A stretch of 62,717 nucleotides of DNA from an uncultured bacterium (GTDB taxonomy: Bacteria > Latescibacterota > Latescibacteria > Latescibacterales > Latescibacteraceae). The notes under the pieces were generated by a model. It was not told where the DNA came from and did not search any database. It saw only the letters and a program-made list of their open reading frames with translations. A program made the position numbers and the translations under genes. Position 1 is the stretch's first letter; each line of letters begins with the position of its first letter. This document shows, one piece after another, positions 54,106 to 62,717 of this stretch. The stretch is from assembly GCA_964497605.1 (NCBI GenBank), contig CAZCDQ010000001.1, forward strand, positions 1-62,717. The letters are read 5' to 3'.

Positions 54106-55602
54106 ATGAGTAAAAAGACAGCGTTTATATACGTGCTGATATCCGCGGTAGCACTTGGATGCGCGTATCCTCCGGTCGGTGTGGGTTTTTTTGCCTACGG
54201 TGCGCTGATTCCAATGTTGTTCCTTATGAAAGTGTCGAATTTCAGGCAGGTCTTTATATGGTCGTTTGTCATGGGGGTGATTTTTCACATCATCACTGTG
54301 TCGTGGATTCGTCACATTACATGGGTCGGCATGATCTGCTCCGTGATTGCGCTGTCGTTTTTTTTCACGCTGCCGTTCATATTCTCGAAACCGTTTGTCG
54401 ATCTTAATCCGAAACGCGGAATGCTGCTGTTTCCGTGCGCGGTTGCAGGATTCGAATGGATTCGGTCGTTCGATCTGCTCGCGTTTCCGTGGATGATTCT
54501 CGGTAATTCCCAAACATACTATCCCGGGCTGATTCAGTTTGCCGATATAACCAGCGCATACGGTGTTTCATTCTGGGTGGCTTTGATAAATGTGACGCTG
54601 TTTTATCTCATTGAGCGTCGGACAGCAGTTCGTTGGGCGAGCCTTGCACTTTTATTTGCTCTACCGTTTGTTTATTCATGGGCGGTGATAAACGATGCAA
54701 CGAACGATTCCCAAAGGTTGAATGTTGCGCTCATTCAGGGAAATGTATTGCCCGAGGAGAAATGGGGTCCGGGAAATCAGTACTGGAATATCCAGCTTTA
54801 TCATGATATGACTATCGAAGCTGCATCAGCTGAAGTAAAACCCGATCTTATTGTCTGGCCTGAGACGGCAACGCCGGTCTATCTACTCGAAACACCATCG
54901 TTCAGATATATGGTGCAGTCTCTCGCCGATTCAATCGATATCCCGATTCTGACTGGAACACCGTCAATAGATTACCGTACCGAAAAAAAATGGAATTCAG
55001 CGGCATTTTTCATTCCGGGAGAGATCATAGTCGAGAAATATGATAAAATCAACCTTGTGCCGTTCGGGGAGGCGATACCGTTTAATAATATTTTCCCGGC
55101 GCTGAATAATCTGCATCTCGGTCAGGCGAACTGGGACGAAGGGGAAAAGCCGGTTGTGTTCCGTTCGGCGGAGCTTCCCCCATTCAATGTGGCGGTATGT
55201 TTCGAGTCAATTTTCCCCGATCTGATAAGGAAATTCGTTGTCAGAGGGTCGCAGTTTATCGTGGTTATCACCAATGACGTATGGTTTGGGCCGTATTCTT
55301 CTCCTATCCAGCATGCGATGATTTCGGCCATGCGCGCTGTCGAATTTCATCTGCCTGTGGTAAGATGTGCCAATACAGGTATATCGATGGTTATTGACCG
55401 GTACGGCAGGATTGAAAGCGCATCAAATACGTTCGAGCGCTGTATTCTCACCGGTACGATTACGCCCGGAACAGAAAAAACTGTGTTTGCGCGGTTCGGT
55501 AATTTTTTCAGTCTCATCTGTTTAATTATTTCTTTTACGGCAAATATTTTATACATTTATACAAGATATGTCAAAAAAACTAAACCAGCCCAAAAAATAT
55601 AA
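54106..55602 (+). CDS. lnt: Apolipoprotein N-acyltransferase
   Basis: N-terminal multi-TM region plus a CN-hydrolase domain (VALIQGN, WPETA, VAVCFES). Confidence 0.9.
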   Translation: MSKKTAFIYVLISAVALGCAYPPVGVGFFAYGALIPMLFLMKVSNFRQVFIWSFVMGVIFHIITVSWIRHITWVGMICSVIALSFFFTLPFIFSKPFVDLNPKRGMLLFPCAVAGFEWIRSFDLLAFPWMILGNSQTYYPGLIQFADITSAYGVSFWVALINVTLFYLIERRTAVRWASLALLFALPFVYSWAVINDATNDSQRLNVALIQGNVLPEEKWGPGNQYWNIQLYHDMTIEAASAEVKPDLIVWPETATPVYLLETPSFRYMVQSLADSIDIPILTGTPSIDYRTEKKWNSAAFFIPGEIIVEKYDKINLVPFGEAIPFNNIFPALNNLHLGQANWDEGEKPVVFRSAELPPFNVAVCFESIFPDLIRKFVVRGSQFIVVITNDVWFGPYSSPIQHAMISAMRAVEFHLPVVRCANTGISMVIDRYGRIESASNTFERCILTGTITPGTEKTVFARFGNFFSLICLIISFTANILYIYTRYVKKTKPAQKI

Positions 55603-55615
55603 AAAGTGTATCTAT

Positions 55616-57880
55616 ATGAAAAGAATTGTGTGTTACCTCATACTGTTTGTAAATATGAGCGCAATACCCGCGGCCGCAACGGATTTGAACGGCGCTTGGG
55701 AGGGATACCCACCCATGACCGAGATGACTGATGTCGTAGAATTCGGGGGTAAGATTTACGGCACAACCTCAAGCGGTATGTTTAGCTATGACAGTGAAAT
55801 AAGAGAATTTACATATTATTACAAAAATCAAGGTATCGATGTTTCGGACGCACTGTGCATTTCTGCAACCTCAAAAGAGATTTTCGTCGGTTTCGAATTC
55901 GACGGCCTCATGCGGTTTGATCCCAAGAATGGGACATTTGAGCCGGTTTTATTCCCCGAATATGTCGACAAGGACGATGTTCTCAATACGATTGCAGTGC
56001 GGGATATTTACGCGTTGAACGACAGCATCCTTTTTGTCGGTCACTCGAAAGGCATCGACAGGCTCAATCTCTCATCCGAGGAACTCCGCACGTTCTCGAA
56101 ACTATCCTCTGGCATTAACGCGGATACCCCTGTCAATGAGGTCGACATATTTTATGGTAAAATCTGGGCATGCACCAACGAAGGTCTTGCGTGGGCGGAT
56201 GTGAACAATCCGAATCTCGAATCTGAAAGGGCATGGGACAGCTTTTCATTCAACAGAGTTGTTAATTGTGTCGAGGATTTTATCTACGAGAACAGCGATT
56301 CTGTCATGTATGTGGGGACGAACGGCCGCGGTCTTTTTGCATTCGATTCGAAAACAAAAGCATACATGAATATCGAGATTGATGATATAAATGTGTATGA
56401 CATATCGAAAGGTATGGGAACGTATTTCCTCGCGACATACGGCGGTTTATATAAGCTATCTGCTGATTTATGGATTCGCAACTCCGATGTAATCCGACTG
56501 TCCGCGGTAATTGAGGGAAGCGAAGGTAAAATGTGGATTGCATCCTCCGACGGTCTCAAATGTTTTATTTCATCGGGCTACTGGGGGCTTCCACAAATGA
56601 ATTTACCGCGGACTCCAGAGCAGAGAGATATGTCCCTTTCAGAAAAAAGCGAATTGTGGATTGCGACATCATACCGCGATGCCGGAGGTTATCTCCTCCG
56701 TTTAAGAGATGGAGAATGGGAGAGTTACGGTCCAGAGGATGATTTGCCGAGTTTTAGAACCACGACTGTGACGGTCGACAACAATGGCATCGTGTGGGGC
56801 GGAACATGGGACAGAGGTATTTATACTATCGACAGCCACCGGTCTTCGCAGAAATTCGACGATATTATCACACTTGTCGATCCCGAAATGGAGATCATAC
56901 AGCGCCAGGGTAACTCGGGAAATTATGTTGTCATATCGGACATAACAACAGATGCGCAGGGAAATATCTGGGTTGCCGGTTTTAACAAGGGCGCTTATGC
57001 TCTTGAGGGCATATTGCCGATAAATCAATATAATCACCACCATTTTACCTTCGAGGGAGGATCATCTACCAACTATATTATCAATGTCTTTCCCGACAAT
57101 GAGGGGTGGTTATGGCTCGGTACATGGGACACCGGCCTGATCGGCGTCTATTATGGTCCTGATCCATACGATCCGTCTGACGATGTGGTTCAGACAATCA
57201 CGTCCGCAGACGGACTTAAGGGCACCCGTGTTCTATCGGTCGATATTGATTCCGAGGGCTATGTCTGGGTCGGAACGCTTGGCGGACTTCACCGTATAAC
57301 CAAAAAATCCGATAAATCGTTGAATGTTATCGAAATGAATACAAACCTCGAACAGATATCGATCGATGTGAACAGCATCGCCATTGATAAGGATGATAGT
57401 AAATGGATCGGCACCTCGAAAGGGCTTTATAAACTGAATGCGGGTAATGTCCTTGAAGAAACATATACAGTCGAAAACAGCGGTCTTTTGTCCGATTCAA
57501 TACTCTCTCTGGAAATCGACGAGAACGAGGAATATCTCTGGATCGGCACAACTATGGGGCTCAACCGGTTGGCTCTTTCAGGCGGTCCTGCGGATGGCAT
57601 AGCGGCGGATTTCCATATGTATCCGAATCCGTTCGAAATTTGGGGCGACAACTCACAGGCGGTGTTCACGAACCTCGATCCGGATGAACCCGTATTCGTC
57701 TATACATTTACCGGCGAGCTTGTCATCGAGCTTGATCCTGACGACACCGTTGGTACCTCTGCTGTCTGGAACGGCCGAAATTTCCGCGGTGAATTTGTCG
57801 GGTCCGGTGTGTATTTCTTTACGGGTGTCGACAGAAACGGTAGCATATTCAAGGAAAAAATGGTCGTAATCAGGAGATAG
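55616..57880 (+). CDS. Secreted two-component-regulator-propeller (Reg_prop)-repeat protein with T9SS/FlgD-Ig-like C-terminal domain
   Basis: Start set at MKRIVCYLILF (55616, signal peptide). Repeated W(I/V)GT..G(L) propeller motifs. The C-terminus begins YPNPF and ends ...GVYFFTGVDRNGSIFKEKMVVIRR. Confidence 0.75.
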   Translation: MKRIVCYLILFVNMSAIPAAATDLNGAWEGYPPMTEMTDVVEFGGKIYGTTSSGMFSYDSEIREFTYYYKNQGIDVSDALCISATSKEIFVGFEFDGLMRFDPKNGTFEPVLFPEYVDKDDVLNTIAVRDIYALNDSILFVGHSKGIDRLNLSSEELRTFSKLSSGINADTPVNEVDIFYGKIWACTNEGLAWADVNNPNLESERAWDSFSFNRVVNCVEDFIYENSDSVMYVGTNGRGLFAFDSKTKAYMNIEIDDINVYDISKGMGTYFLATYGGLYKLSADLWIRNSDVIRLSAVIEGSEGKMWIASSDGLKCFISSGYWGLPQMNLPRTPEQRDMSLSEKSELWIATSYRDAGGYLLRLRDGEWESYGPEDDLPSFRTTTVTVDNNGIVWGGTWDRGIYTIDSHRSSQKFDDIITLVDPEMEIIQRQGNSGNYVVISDITTDAQGNIWVAGFNKGAYALEGILPINQYNHHHFTFEGGSSTNYIINVFPDNEGWLWLGTWDTGLIGVYYGPDPYDPSDDVVQTITSADGLKGTRVLSVDIDSEGYVWVGTLGGLHRITKKSDKSLNVIEMNTNLEQISIDVNSIAIDKDDSKWIGTSKGLYKLNAGNVLEETYTVENSGLLSDSILSLEIDENEEYLWIGTTMGLNRLALSGGPADGIAADFHMYPNPFEIWGDNSQAVFTNLDPDEPVFVYTFTGELVIELDPDDTVGTSAVWNGRNFRGEFVGSGVYFFTGVDRNGSIFKEKMVVIRR

Positions 57881-57883
57881 TCG

Positions 57884-59350
57884 GTGTTTAAACACCTGAA
57901 CCGCCTTTTCAAACATTCTGTTCTATATGGTTTGTCAGAGACGATATCGCGCGGTACGGGATTTGTTCTCGTTTTCATCTATGTTAAAGCGCTCACCGAT
58001 GCCGAGCTGGGTATAAGAACCGCTTTCTATGCCGCCTCGGCATTTATAGTATTATTCTACACGCTCGGCCTCGATAATGCATTCCTGCGCTATTTCATGG
58101 ATGATAAATACCGCGACCGGAAAGACCGCATTTTTTCCACGGCGCTCTATTTCACCGTGATCACCGGTGTTCTTTTCTATGCGATATCCCTCTATGCTGG
58201 TCCTTCGATATCGGCGCTTATCACAAAAAGTCCGTCCTATGTATATATCACGCATTTGATTTTTGTCATTCTCATTCTCGACACGATTGTCATCTATCCC
58301 ACACTCGTTCTGCGCGCCGAAAACAGATTTCTCTATTATTTTATTATCTCGATTGTGCGGTTTGTGATGTTTATCGTGCTGAATGTCGTTTTTCTCGGAT
58401 ATCTCGGTCGGGGCATTCAGGGCGTGTTCGAGGCGAATCTCATTGTTGTTGCCGCAGTATTCGTTATTCTTCTGCCTGTGTATAAAACTTATTTTTCGGG
58501 AAAACTCTCGTTTGCCCTATTGAAAAAGCTGCTTATGTTCGGCATTCCAACCATTTTCACCATCGCGGCGCTTCGAGTCATCGATCTATCCGACCGAAGA
58601 CTGATACTGCAATTTTTCGACGATGCCCGTGTCGGGCAGTATGCGGTGCCGTATACGCTTGGTATGGTTGGTATAATGGTTTTTGTGAACTCGTTCAGAA
58701 TCGCCTGGCAGCCGTTTTATCTCTCGCTCGGAACCCACCCTGATGCAAAAAGTGTTTTTTCACGGACCGCCACGTATTATGCCATGTTCATTTCAGTCAT
58801 GTTCCTGGGGATAACGTTGTTCAGAGATGAGATTTTCATTCTGTATACCCGCGGCGAATACCCTTTGTCGCTGGCTGATATCATGCCGTTTGTCTCCCTG
58901 TCGTATGTTATTTACGGGTTTTATATTATCATGCTTGCGGGTGTTTTTCTTAAAGAGAAAACACATATTCTGCCGATCGCCACGATTGCGGGTGCGTGCG
59001 TGAATGTGGGGCTGAACCTGCTGTTTATTCCGAAATACGGCATTATCGGCGCTGCATATACCACGGTTATTGCCTATGCGGTCATGGTGCTGGTATTATA
59101 TATATATTCACGTACTATTTACCGTGTGGAATATGAGCTCAAACGGCTTGGTGCGGTGGTCTTCATCACGGCGGTTCCGGTGATATTATCGGTTGTGTAT
59201 GCGCCTGCAGGGGTGATAAATGCTTTTCTGTATAGGATAGCTCTGTTTTTCTTACCCTTTGGGTTCTATGCGTTTTCAGGTTTTCTGAGCAGCGAGGAAA
59301 AGCAGGTTCTCATGCAAAAAATCGGGTTTTTGAAATCCGGCCGATCGTAA
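57884..59350 (+). CDS. Oligosaccharide/polysaccharide flippase (MOP superfamily, Wzx-like)
   Basis: 488-aa protein with about 12-14 TM segments. GTG start lies 3 nt after the preceding stop. N-terminal SVLYGLSETISRG resembles polysaccharide biosynthesis protein family starts. Confidence 0.7.
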   Translation: MFKHLNRLFKHSVLYGLSETISRGTGFVLVFIYVKALTDAELGIRTAFYAASAFIVLFYTLGLDNAFLRYFMDDKYRDRKDRIFSTALYFTVITGVLFYAISLYAGPSISALITKSPSYVYITHLIFVILILDTIVIYPTLVLRAENRFLYYFIISIVRFVMFIVLNVVFLGYLGRGIQGVFEANLIVVAAVFVILLPVYKTYFSGKLSFALLKKLLMFGIPTIFTIAALRVIDLSDRRLILQFFDDARVGQYAVPYTLGMVGIMVFVNSFRIAWQPFYLSLGTHPDAKSVFSRTATYYAMFISVMFLGITLFRDEIFILYTRGEYPLSLADIMPFVSLSYVIYGFYIIMLAGVFLKEKTHILPIATIAGACVNVGLNLLFIPKYGIIGAAYTTVIAYAVMVLVLYIYSRTIYRVEYELKRLGAVVFITAVPVILSVVYAPAGVINAFLYRIALFFLPFGFYAFSGFLSSEEKQVLMQKIGFLKSGRS

Positions 59351-59663
59351 TATAATTTCATTTGGTTATACCTTTTAGTCAGCTGCATGACAATAAAAAG
59401 AGATACCATTTATAGTTGCAATTCATCGATAATCGCTTTCTATACCAACTTTTTTTAGTGGCAGGTAAAGATACTGTATGTGCTTTCAATGAGTAGAAAG
59501 ATAGTATAGGAGCATCATCAAGATGGGTTTATTAGAAAATAATAATATCGATGCTGAGTTAAAGGGATAACCGAATAATTTTATTTTGTTTCCTTGTTGC
59601 GGTTTCTTTATATTCTATAATATCAGTATGAATCAACCTTTGTACGATCGATGAAAGGCTGCC

Positions 59664-61046
59664 ATGAAAATTCATGTATTAATTACAGCCGTGCTGTGTA
59701 TTATTGCCGCTGTATGCTTTTCCTGTGCGGGAGATAAATCGGAAATGACAAACACTATGGGATCTTCAATATCGCCAATAATGCCGTACACGTTGACCAC
59801 GCTCGACAACGGTTTGGACGTTATTGTAAAAGAAGTGCATTCTGCCCCGATCGTTGCAGTTCATTTCTGGTGCAACACCGGCAGTATTAACGAGACGGAA
59901 CACGAGCACGGTATTTCGCATTTTTTCGAGCATATGTTTTTCAAAGGCACCGAGAACCGCGGTGTAGGGGAAATGAACAATCAGATCACCGGCCTCGGCG
60001 GGTATAACAACGCCGGTACCTCCAAGGAATATACGCTCTATTATGTCACGCTGCCCTCAGAGAATTTTGCGTTGGCGGCGGATATTCTTGTCGACGCGCT
60101 CCGTCACTCGACATTCGACGAAGCGGAGATCGAGAAAGAGCTTGGTGTGATAAAAGAGGAAATCAACCGCCGCGACGACGACCCCTCGGGGCTTGCGCAT
60201 GATGAAATATTTAAAATCATGTTTCCTGACACGCCGTATTCGCATCCGGTTCTCGGAACCCGTGAAAGCGTCTTGGGGCAGAAAAGAGAGGATTTCAGGA
60301 ATTATCTTGCCAAATACTATGTCCCGAATAATATGACTGCGGTCATTGTAGGCGATGTCGATACTGATACGGCAATTGAGGAAATAAGGAATCTTACCGC
60401 AGATTGGAAGGCTGACGAAAGCGTTAAAAAGCGTCTCCCGGATTTTGATGTTCCAGGTCAGGAGGGCATCCGCGAGCTTGTGCTTGAAAAAGATGTAAAT
60501 ATGTCCTATGTCCTCATGGCGTTTCAGACCGCGGGGCATACCGACAAACGCGAGAACGCCGCACTTGATGTTGCAAGTTCCATTCTGAGCGAGGGACGCA
60601 GCTCCCGTCTGTACAAACGTATTGTCGAGGAGCAGCAGATTGCATCTTCGGTTTCGGCATATATCTATCCCATGACGCGGACCGGCATGTTTATTGTATT
60701 CGGCACGATGGACGAGGAAAAGGTATCGGTATTCAGGGAAGCCATCCTCGAGGAGATAGGCAAACTGCGGAACGAGCCTGTCGATCCGTCGGAGCTTCAA
60801 AAAGTGAAAACCATGCTGAAAGCGGATTTCCAGTTCTCTAACGAAACGAATTCGGATATTGCTCAGACGCTGGGATATTACAATACCATCGGGCTGCTCG
60901 ACCGGGCGGCAGAATACGAGCAGTCGATTGATGCGGTCACGATCGAAGAGCTGAAAACCTATGTTAATAAGACTCTCACGCCCGATTCATATGGTATAGT
61001 GATAGTGAATCAGCGTGACATGAATGGGGAAGGAGGCTCGATGTGA
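59664..61046 (+). CDS. M16 (pitrilysin/insulinase) family zinc peptidase, catalytic subunit
   Basis: Inverted zinc motif HFFEH within GISHFFEHMFFKGT, with downstream Glu in EKELGVIKEEI. Signal peptide or lipoprotein-like N-terminus. Confidence 0.9.
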   Translation: MKIHVLITAVLCIIAAVCFSCAGDKSEMTNTMGSSISPIMPYTLTTLDNGLDVIVKEVHSAPIVAVHFWCNTGSINETEHEHGISHFFEHMFFKGTENRGVGEMNNQITGLGGYNNAGTSKEYTLYYVTLPSENFALAADILVDALRHSTFDEAEIEKELGVIKEEINRRDDDPSGLAHDEIFKIMFPDTPYSHPVLGTRESVLGQKREDFRNYLAKYYVPNNMTAVIVGDVDTDTAIEEIRNLTADWKADESVKKRLPDFDVPGQEGIRELVLEKDVNMSYVLMAFQTAGHTDKRENAALDVASSILSEGRSSRLYKRIVEEQQIASSVSAYIYPMTRTGMFIVFGTMDEEKVSVFREAILEEIGKLRNEPVDPSELQKVKTMLKADFQFSNETNSDIAQTLGYYNTIGLLDRAAEYEQSIDAVTIEELKTYVNKTLTPDSYGIVIVNQRDMNGEGGSM

Positions 61047-62350
61047 AACGATTTAGACTGATCATATTGCTAATAATGACATTTAATGGGGTATTTATTG
61101 CGGAGGCGCATGCTTTGAATAAAACGGTATTACCGAATGGACTTGTTATCATTACAAAGCCGGTGAGAACGAACGGGATTGTTTCATTTGTGGTAAATCT
61201 GAAAATGGGATCTCTCTATGAAACGGACGAGACAGCGGGGTTATGCACTCTCATGCAAGATACGCTTCGGAAAGGCACCGCAACGAGAACCTCTGATGAA
61301 ATAGCGCTTGAACTCGAAATTATGGGTACGCGGCTCTCGACATATTCCTCGCGCGAGCACGGAACGGTCGAGATAAAAGCGACCATGGACAACATCTATA
61401 AAAGTGTCGCCATCCTGTACGATATCATGCTCAATCCCACATTCCCGGAGGAGTCAGTCGAACTCCAGAAGAACCTCCAGATACAGGGCATCTTTACGCG
61501 CTACGACCAGCCGATCTACAAAGCGCTCGACCAGATGGTGGACGCTCATTACGGTACGCATCCGTTTCATAAACCCCGTGCCGGATATCCTGAGATGGTC
61601 GAAAAGCTGACCCGCGGCGATATTGTTGCCATGCACCGTAAAATCTATGTTCCGAACAACATGGTTGTGACCGTAGTCGGGAATTTCGACGAACAGAGGA
61701 TTTTCGACAATATCACCGAAACCCTCGGCGCGCTCCCGCGGTCGGAGGATATCGCGATTGTAGATTATGTCGAGGATGACCGACGCGGTCGAATAAAACC
61801 AGTGGAGGAGATCGAAGAGCGCGAAACCTCGGCGACATGGTTTGTGCTCGGATGGGAGGCGCCCGCACTGAACGATCCCGATTATTATGCAATGGAAGTA
61901 TTGGATTCCATTACAGGCGGCGCGATGAATTCTCGGCTGTTTGTGGCAATCAGAGAAAAACGGGGTCTTGCCTATCAGGTTGGCTCGTCATTCGACGCGC
62001 GTAAGGAGTCAGGTGTCTATTTTTCCTACATCGGCACAAAACCGGAATCATATACGGAATCTAAATCGGTGCTTATCGAAGAGATCATGCGGCTTGCGGA
62101 AACCGAGGCTTCAACGGAAGAAATACGATTCTCAAAGAACTATCTTAAAGGTATGAATACAATGAGCCAGGAATCAAATTCCGGCCAGGCGAACCAGTAT
62201 GGCTATTACGAGCTTCTGGGAAACGGCTATGAAACGCTGAACGAGTATAACGGCATAATCGAAACAGTCACCGCGGCGGATATCCTGAATGTCGGGAAGA
62301 AATACCTGAACAGATACAACTATGCGCTGGGCGGTGTCATTGCCGAGTAA
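61043..62350 (+). CDS. M16 family peptidase-like protein, non-catalytic subunit
   Basis: Same fold layout as the upstream gene, but the HxxEH position reads CTLMQD (GLCTLMQDTLRKGT). Overlaps the upstream stop by 4 nt. Confidence 0.85.
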   Translation: MKRFRLIILLIMTFNGVFIAEAHALNKTVLPNGLVIITKPVRTNGIVSFVVNLKMGSLYETDETAGLCTLMQDTLRKGTATRTSDEIALELEIMGTRLSTYSSREHGTVEIKATMDNIYKSVAILYDIMLNPTFPEESVELQKNLQIQGIFTRYDQPIYKALDQMVDAHYGTHPFHKPRAGYPEMVEKLTRGDIVAMHRKIYVPNNMVVTVVGNFDEQRIFDNITETLGALPRSEDIAIVDYVEDDRRGRIKPVEEIEERETSATWFVLGWEAPALNDPDYYAMEVLDSITGGAMNSRLFVAIREKRGLAYQVGSSFDARKESGVYFSYIGTKPESYTESKSVLIEEIMRLAETEASTEEIRFSKNYLKGMNTMSQESNSGQANQYGYYELLGNGYETLNEYNGIIETVTAADILNVGKKYLNRYNYALGGVIAE

Positions 62351-62386
62351 TTTTCTAACACTTAATTACTGAATTCGGAGGAATTG

Positions 62387-62717
62387 GTGAAACATATTAA
62401 AATCGGTGTGCTGGCGTCCGGCGGCGGATCGAATCTTCAAAGCATTATCGACCGAACTGTTGACGGTACCATCGACGGTGAGGTTGTTTTAGTTGTCTCT
62501 AACAATTCAAAAGCAAAAGCCCTTGAACGCGCTGAAAATCACGGTATCGACAATCTACACATCAGCGGCTACACCGAGGGATCACAAGAAAATGCCGACA
62601 GACGCATTTGCAATGAAATGCGTGCGCGCGATATCGATCTTGTTGTGCTTGCCGGATACATGAAAAGTATCGGGCGCGAATTGCTGGAAACATATAAAGG
62701 CAAAATTATTAATATTC
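62387..62717 (+). CDS. purN: Phosphoribosylglycinamide formyltransferase (5' partial, runs off the window)
   Basis: GTG start at 62387, preceded by GGAGGAA. Translation VKHIKIGVLASGGGSNLQSIID...VVSNNSKAKALERA...DLVVLAGYM matches the PurN N-terminal domain. Not in the ORF track because there is no stop inside the window. Confidence 0.8.
   Translation, partial: MKHIKIGVLASGGGSNLQSIIDRTVDGTIDGEVVLVVSNNSKAKALERAENHGIDNLHISGYTEGSQENADRRICNEMRARDIDLVVLAGYMKSIGRELLETYKGKIINI

Noticed and set aside
1-62717. CRISPR arrays, tRNA/rRNA/tmRNA/RNase P genes, transposases, integrases, phage or toxin-antitoxin/defence modules
   Set aside because: I scanned all intergenic regions over 60 nt and all ORF translations. 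I found no regularly spaced repeats, no tRNA T-loop/acceptor pattern (GGTTCGAATCC-like), no conserved structured-RNA boxes, and no recombinase, RT or nuclease-NTPase defence signatures. Visual scanning could still miss small or divergent RNAs.

Overview
This 62.7-kb window is a chromosomal segment from a diderm bacterium of mid GC content (judged by eye). It probably belongs to an uncultivated FCB-superphylum-like lineage: it carries PorV/PorQ-like barrels, T9SS/FlgD-Ig-like C-terminal sorting domains, Lnt, an Omp85-like protein and MlaD. The window is almost entirely coding, with about 60 CDS and one pseudogene. I found no tRNA, rRNA, CRISPR array, transposase, integrase or phage gene. Four plus-strand genes come first (76-4217: a sugar ABC importer plus a nitroreductase). 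An unbroken 41.7-kb run of 40 minus-strand genes follows (4220-45885), then a 371-bp AT-rich, repeat-dense spacer (45886-46256), and then 17 plus-strand genes to the window end. The content is mostly housekeeping and envelope functions. It includes purE/purD/purB/purN, era, panCD, dcd, dCMP deaminase, tsaC, rsfS, hpf/hprK, mtnA, lnt, TldD/PmbA, an M50 protease, an M16 peptidase pair, glycosyltransferases, an MltD-like lytic transglycosylase, and SPOR and DUF3108 proteins. No obvious defence or mobile system is present. The items most worth a second look are: (1) the divergent strand-switch spacer with an inverted repeat and iteron-like repeats, which could be an oriC or a control hub; (2) a split double-ATPase activase plus dehydratase-like radical-enzyme module of unknown substrate, with a trailing 72-aa ORF; (3) an operon combining a transglutaminase-like protein, an ABC exporter and an Omp85-like barrel; (4) a permease-less EIIA/EIIB(Man)-HprK-HPF regulatory PTS module; (5) three PorV/PorQ-like paralogs next to beta-propeller cargo proteins; (6) a PfkB kinase adjacent to mtnA; and (7) a decayed secreted nitroreductase gene. 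All family assignments come from motif recognition by eye, not from database searches.
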